Shown piece by piece: positions 60,310-64,000 of a stretch of 64,000 nucleotides of DNA. The translations under genes were made by a program, and so were the position numbers. Origin of the DNA: Candidatus Cloacimonadota bacterium. Its GTDB lineage: Bacteria > Cloacimonadota > Cloacimonadia > G963667145. How positions within the stretch are numbered: the first letter of the stretch is position 1; every line of letters begins with the position of its first letter. The stretch spans positions 1,312,001 to 1,376,000 of the forward strand of contig OY762940.1 of assembly GCA_963667255.1 (NCBI GenBank), written 5' to 3'. Below the pieces are notes generated by a model. That model had not been told where the DNA came from and did no database searches. It worked only from the letters and a program-made list of their open reading frames with translations.

Positions 60310-61539
60310 TTATTTTTGATGCACATCAACCTGAGGATAGGGAATCTCAATTTTGTTCTCTTTGAGTGCCTGCCAAATATCCAAAAGAACTTGCTCTTTG
60401 GCCTGATGAATCTCTCCAGAAATATCTTGCACCCAAAAGAAAACCGTAAAATCAACGGAACTGTCACCAAATTGAGATAAATAGGCTTTGGGGCTCGGAT
60501 TTTTCGAGATGAAGCTATTTTTATCAAGAACAGCCTGCAAAATTTTTCTCACCTCTATTGGTTCAGAATTGTAACTAACTCCTATTTTTGCCTTGAAACG
60601 AATTTGTCTATCAGAAAGCGTCAGATTAACAACTTTATCGCTTATAAATTTCTCGTTGGGAATCAAAATCTCTTTGCCGTCAAAACTCTTAACAATCGTA
60701 TTTCGCACACCAATACTGGTAATTGTCCCTGAAATATCCTCAATCTCAACAACAGAACCTTTTTGAATAGTTTTGTCCATAAGCAAAATAAACCCGCTGA
60801 CAAAATTTGCAAGAATACTTTTCAAACCAAAACCGACACCAATACCGATAGCTCCGGTAAGGAACGCAAATCGCGTCAAATCAAGTCCGAGGATATTCAA
60901 AGCGACCAGTGCAAAAACCAAAATTATGCATATGTTGCTGACTTTTACCAAAAGTTCTTTGGAGTTTGGAGGCAAATTCCATTGCTGATGAATAAATCTC
61001 TCTACCCGACGATTAATCTGAAAAAACAACCAAATTAAAAAACAGAACAGTCCAAGACTTTTAAAAAAATCGTAGAGGCTGATAGAAAATTTGCCAAGCT
61101 GAAAAGTGAGCAATTTTTGGTCAACATCCAAGATGGAAAGAACAGTTAAGCTAATGATAGAAAAAGAGATAATTGTGAAAAAGATATTATTGTTAGGAAA
61201 AATCTTAATCGCCCTGATTACCAACCACAATAAACACAATTTAAAGCAAATTAGCAAAATATAAGAATGGGAAAAAAATCTTTCGTTAATCAAATATACA
61301 ATAGCCAAACCCAAAACAGTGAATAACGGGAAAAGAACAATGTTGAATATGTTCAAAAATTTTTCATGTCTTTTTGCAACTTTACTCTTTTTAAAAGTTT
61401 TTAAAAAGAGTTTCACCAAAACAAAACTGAAAACAAGGACACATAAAAAAGCAAAAATTTGATAAAAATTGTTGTAATCAGATAAAACCCCTTGTGCTCT
61501 ACGCAAAAGCAAATCGAAAAACATTCCTAATTTTTGCAC
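60310..61539 (-). CDS. MscS-family mechanosensitive channel
   Basis: GIGVGFGL...NFVSG, ILIPN, FGDSS, IEIPYPQ. Confidence 0.9.
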   Translation of the reverse strand: MQKLGMFFDLLLRRAQGVLSDYNNFYQIFAFLCVLVFSFVLVKLFLKTFKKSKVAKRHEKFLNIFNIVLFPLFTVLGLAIVYLINERFFSHSYILLICFKLCLLWLVIRAIKIFPNNNIFFTIISFSIISLTVLSILDVDQKLLTFQLGKFSISLYDFFKSLGLFCFLIWLFFQINRRVERFIHQQWNLPPNSKELLVKVSNICIILVFALVALNILGLDLTRFAFLTGAIGIGVGFGLKSILANFVSGFILLMDKTIQKGSVVEIEDISGTITSIGVRNTIVKSFDGKEILIPNEKFISDKVVNLTLSDRQIRFKAKIGVSYNSEPIEVRKILQAVLDKNSFISKNPSPKAYLSQFGDSSVDFTVFFWVQDISGEIHQAKEQVLLDIWQALKENKIEIPYPQVDVHQK

Positions 61540-61550
61540 TTTTTCTCCTG

Positions 61551-62081
61551 TTATGCTCTATATTTTTTCTTGTAGCACTCGATAAAATGACGATGTGAAG
61601 AGAAAGGAATAAAACTAAAATCGGAATCTAAGGATACAAATTTGATACCAACAGCATCATCTCCGGCTGTAGGCACACCAGTCCAATCTTTCATCACAAA
61701 ACCAAATGAGATAACCCTATGATAAATCGGCGAACTATCTACAAAATAGCCCAAATATTCCCCAACTTCTCCACTCAATCCTGTCTCTTCCAACATCTCT
61801 TCCACAGCAGTTTCCGCAGGTGTTTGATTTATCTCGACATATCCAGAAGGAAGAGCCCATTTGCCAACAGAAGGTTCAAATTTTCTTTTGATAATACAGA
61901 TTTCGCTTTTATCATTAAAAATCAAACACGCAGAAGCAGGGACAGGGTTCAAATATCTAATCCAGCCACAATTAGGACAAATGGGTCTTATTTTATCTTC
62001 CCTATCTATCTTAATCTCGAGCTTAGTCCCACAATGCAAACAATATTTGTCTTCGTTATACAAACTTGCTTCAATCTTCAT
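61551..62081 (-). CDS. NUDIX hydrolase with zinc ribbon
   Basis: CLHCG...CPNCG, WALPSGYVE...EEMLEETG. Confidence 0.88.
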   Translation of the reverse strand: MKIEASLYNEDKYCLHCGTKLEIKIDREDKIRPICPNCGWIRYLNPVPASACLIFNDKSEICIIKRKFEPSVGKWALPSGYVEINQTPAETAVEEMLEETGLSGEVGEYLGYFVDSSPIYHRVISFGFVMKDWTGVPTAGDDAVGIKFVSLDSDFSFIPFSSHRHFIECYKKKYRA

Positions 62082-62106
62082 ACCTTTCTCCGTAACTATT
62101 CAAATC

Positions 62107-63678
62107 TTAATTAATTATACCCATCCCGTTAGCAATTTCTCCCAGAACAGTTCTCTTTTGAGAAAAAATTCGGCACACTCTTTCCACTTTACGAAAATCA
62201 ACTTTCCCACTTCCCAAAAGTGGAATCCTTTTGAAAACAAAAACAGTTTTCGGCACGGAAATATCGTTAAGGTTGGACTTTACCCACTTCTTCATTTTGA
62301 TGGTATCGATTTTTTGCGTAACAGCCAATACAATGTCAGCACCTTTCTTCTCGTTAGGGATGTCCACGGCACAATACAAAATCTCTTCGCCTTTAAAAAA
62401 CTCCTCCAAAACATCCTCAAGAGCCACCAAACTTACCATCTCTCCGCCAATTTTGACAAATCGTCTTAGTCTCCCTTTGAGCCATAAAAATCCGTCTTCG
62501 TCAAAATATCCCATATCTCCCGTGTCATACCATCCATAACGAAAATGCAAATCCGTAGCTTCCACATCGTTGTAATAGCCCTTCATCACATTTTCGCCTT
62601 TGACCAAAATCTTTCCTGTTTTGCCAATATTCAGCTCTTCGCCAGAAAAATTATCAATAATTTTTATTTGAACTCCCGGGAATGGCTTACCCACACTGCC
62701 AAGCCTATAATCTTCAAACCTGTTATTAGTGAGAATCGGGCTGGTCTCAGTAGCTCCATATCCCTCTATCAAAAGGAGATTGTGTTCATCCAAATATTTT
62801 TTATGCAACTCTTTGGGCAAGCGGTCTGCTCCGCTTATAGCGACTCGCACAGACTTAAATGTATCGAAACTACATTTTCGCAAATACGCCGAATAAAAAG
62901 TGGGCGTTCCCAGCATAAAAGTGATTTTATGCTCCTTGATGGAGTTACAAATAATCTTATAATCCAAAGGATTGCTATGAGTTACAATCGTGGAGCCAAG
63001 ATAAAGCGGAATGCAAAAATTGCCCTGAAAACCAAAAACATGAAACAGAGGCAATGTCCCCAAAAACCTATCTTTGCTCGTCAAATCGTAGCATTTTACC
63101 GTGTTCAAAATTTGACCTTCAACATTTTTGTTGGTAATGGGCACAGCCTTAGGGGCATTTTCACTTCCCGATGTAAACAGCAAAATAATGTTATCTTCGT
63201 TTTCGTCAGCACTATACAATAGGGACTTCAAAATAACATACGGAAGTTTGGACAGAAAAACAGCTTTGAGTTTTGCGAAGAGAGAAAAATTTTTGAAAAT
63301 TGTTTCCAACAACTCCATATCTTCGCTCTTTTTTACGCCCAATTTTGTGAGTAAAGCCTGTGCGGTAATTATTTTTTTTATGTCACAGCGAACCTTGGCA
63401 TGGTCGCAATTTTTTTTCACGCCTGCCGTATAATTAATCATCACGGGAGTCTTGCCACAAGCCAATAATGCTAACATAGAGAGTATCGCTCCCGAAGAAG
63501 TGGGAACTAAAACACCAACATTTTTACCGGAATATTCCTTGAACTTTCCCCTCAGAAGTAACATAGCTACCAACGCTTTATTGTAGGAAATCTTACTTCC
63601 GGAAACACCATCAATAAAAACTGGCTTCTTCCCCAATCCCTTGGCATTTTTTACAAAATTTAACAAAACATTCATCAA
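62107..63678 (-). CDS. AMP-binding enzyme, Aas acyl-ACP-synthetase-like domain only
   Basis: FTSGSE..PK, EGYGATE, WYDTGD, GRLRRFVKIGGEMVSL, GSGK. Confidence 0.88.
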   Translation of the reverse strand: MMNVLLNFVKNAKGLGKKPVFIDGVSGSKISYNKALVAMLLLRGKFKEYSGKNVGVLVPTSSGAILSMLALLACGKTPVMINYTAGVKKNCDHAKVRCDIKKIITAQALLTKLGVKKSEDMELLETIFKNFSLFAKLKAVFLSKLPYVILKSLLYSADENEDNIILLFTSGSENAPKAVPITNKNVEGQILNTVKCYDLTSKDRFLGTLPLFHVFGFQGNFCIPLYLGSTIVTHSNPLDYKIICNSIKEHKITFMLGTPTFYSAYLRKCSFDTFKSVRVAISGADRLPKELHKKYLDEHNLLLIEGYGATETSPILTNNRFEDYRLGSVGKPFPGVQIKIIDNFSGEELNIGKTGKILVKGENVMKGYYNDVEATDLHFRYGWYDTGDMGYFDEDGFLWLKGRLRRFVKIGGEMVSLVALEDVLEEFFKGEEILYCAVDIPNEKKGADIVLAVTQKIDTIKMKKWVKSNLNDISVPKTVFVFKRIPLLGSGKVDFRKVERVCRIFSQKRTVLGEIANGMGIIN

Positions 63679-64000
63679 CTCTCCTCATCCTGTGCCATTT
63701 GCTCTACCGCTCTAAAATTAATTTTCCCGTTACCCATAATCGGCAACTCCTCAGCTACTTGATATTTCTTTGGAAAATATATTTTAGAAAATCCATCCTC
63801 CGTAAGTTGATTGGCTACATCTATCTTACTAACTTTGTCATTGGTAACCAAAACAAGCTTAGCTCCTTTTTTGTCATCGGGTAAGCCAACCATACAATAT
63901 TGCAAACCTTCGGGGAAAATTTTGCCGAGCGACTCTTCTATCGCGGCAAGGCTGACCATCTCTCCACCTACTTTGACAAAACGGCGTAATCTGCCTCTGT
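63675..64000 (-). CDS. Second Aas-like AMP-binding enzyme, 5' part beyond window
   Basis: Open to the window edge: RGRLRRFVKVGGEMVSL...LPIMGNGKINF. Confidence 0.85.
   Translation of the reverse strand, partial: RGRLRRFVKVGGEMVSLAAIEESLGKIFPEGLQYCMVGLPDDKKGAKLVLVTNDKVSKIDVANQLTEDGFSKIYFPKKYQVAEELPIMGNGKINFRAVEQMAQDEES

Overview
Chromosomal window from an AT-rich, anaerobic, diderm bacterium (outer-membrane barrel, lipoprotein, rubrerythrin/SOR oxygen defence, Bcd/EtfAB); lineage not determinable here. All genes but two are on the minus strand. The left half is mostly housekeeping: partial SsnA-like amidohydrolase, two PAP2 proteins, mazG, asnS, argC-J-(A)-B-G, an orphan atpG, dapB, dxr, smpB, a peptidase M30 lipoprotein, amidase, lysS, tsaE, thrC, dinB, argF and argD. 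An oxidative-stress cluster with a perfect PerR-type box follows. The best candidate novel system is a 10-gene catabolic operon at 33769-45694: acyl-CoA carboxyltransferase, three-subunit Mo-hydroxylase, UraA-type permease, YahE/F/G-like trio, cyclase-family hydrolase and an orphan GNAT. I infer it encodes an uncharacterised anaerobic oxidative pyrimidine pathway (uracil/thymine -> barbiturate -> ureidomalonate -> (methyl)malonyl-CoA). Next come a second, YgfM/XdhD-like Mo-hydroxylase and a butyrate-type operon with a MaoC dehydratase and 3-hydroxybutyrate-type permease but no crotonase. No rRNA, tRNA, CRISPR or mobile element was recognised. All family calls are by motif recognition, not database search.
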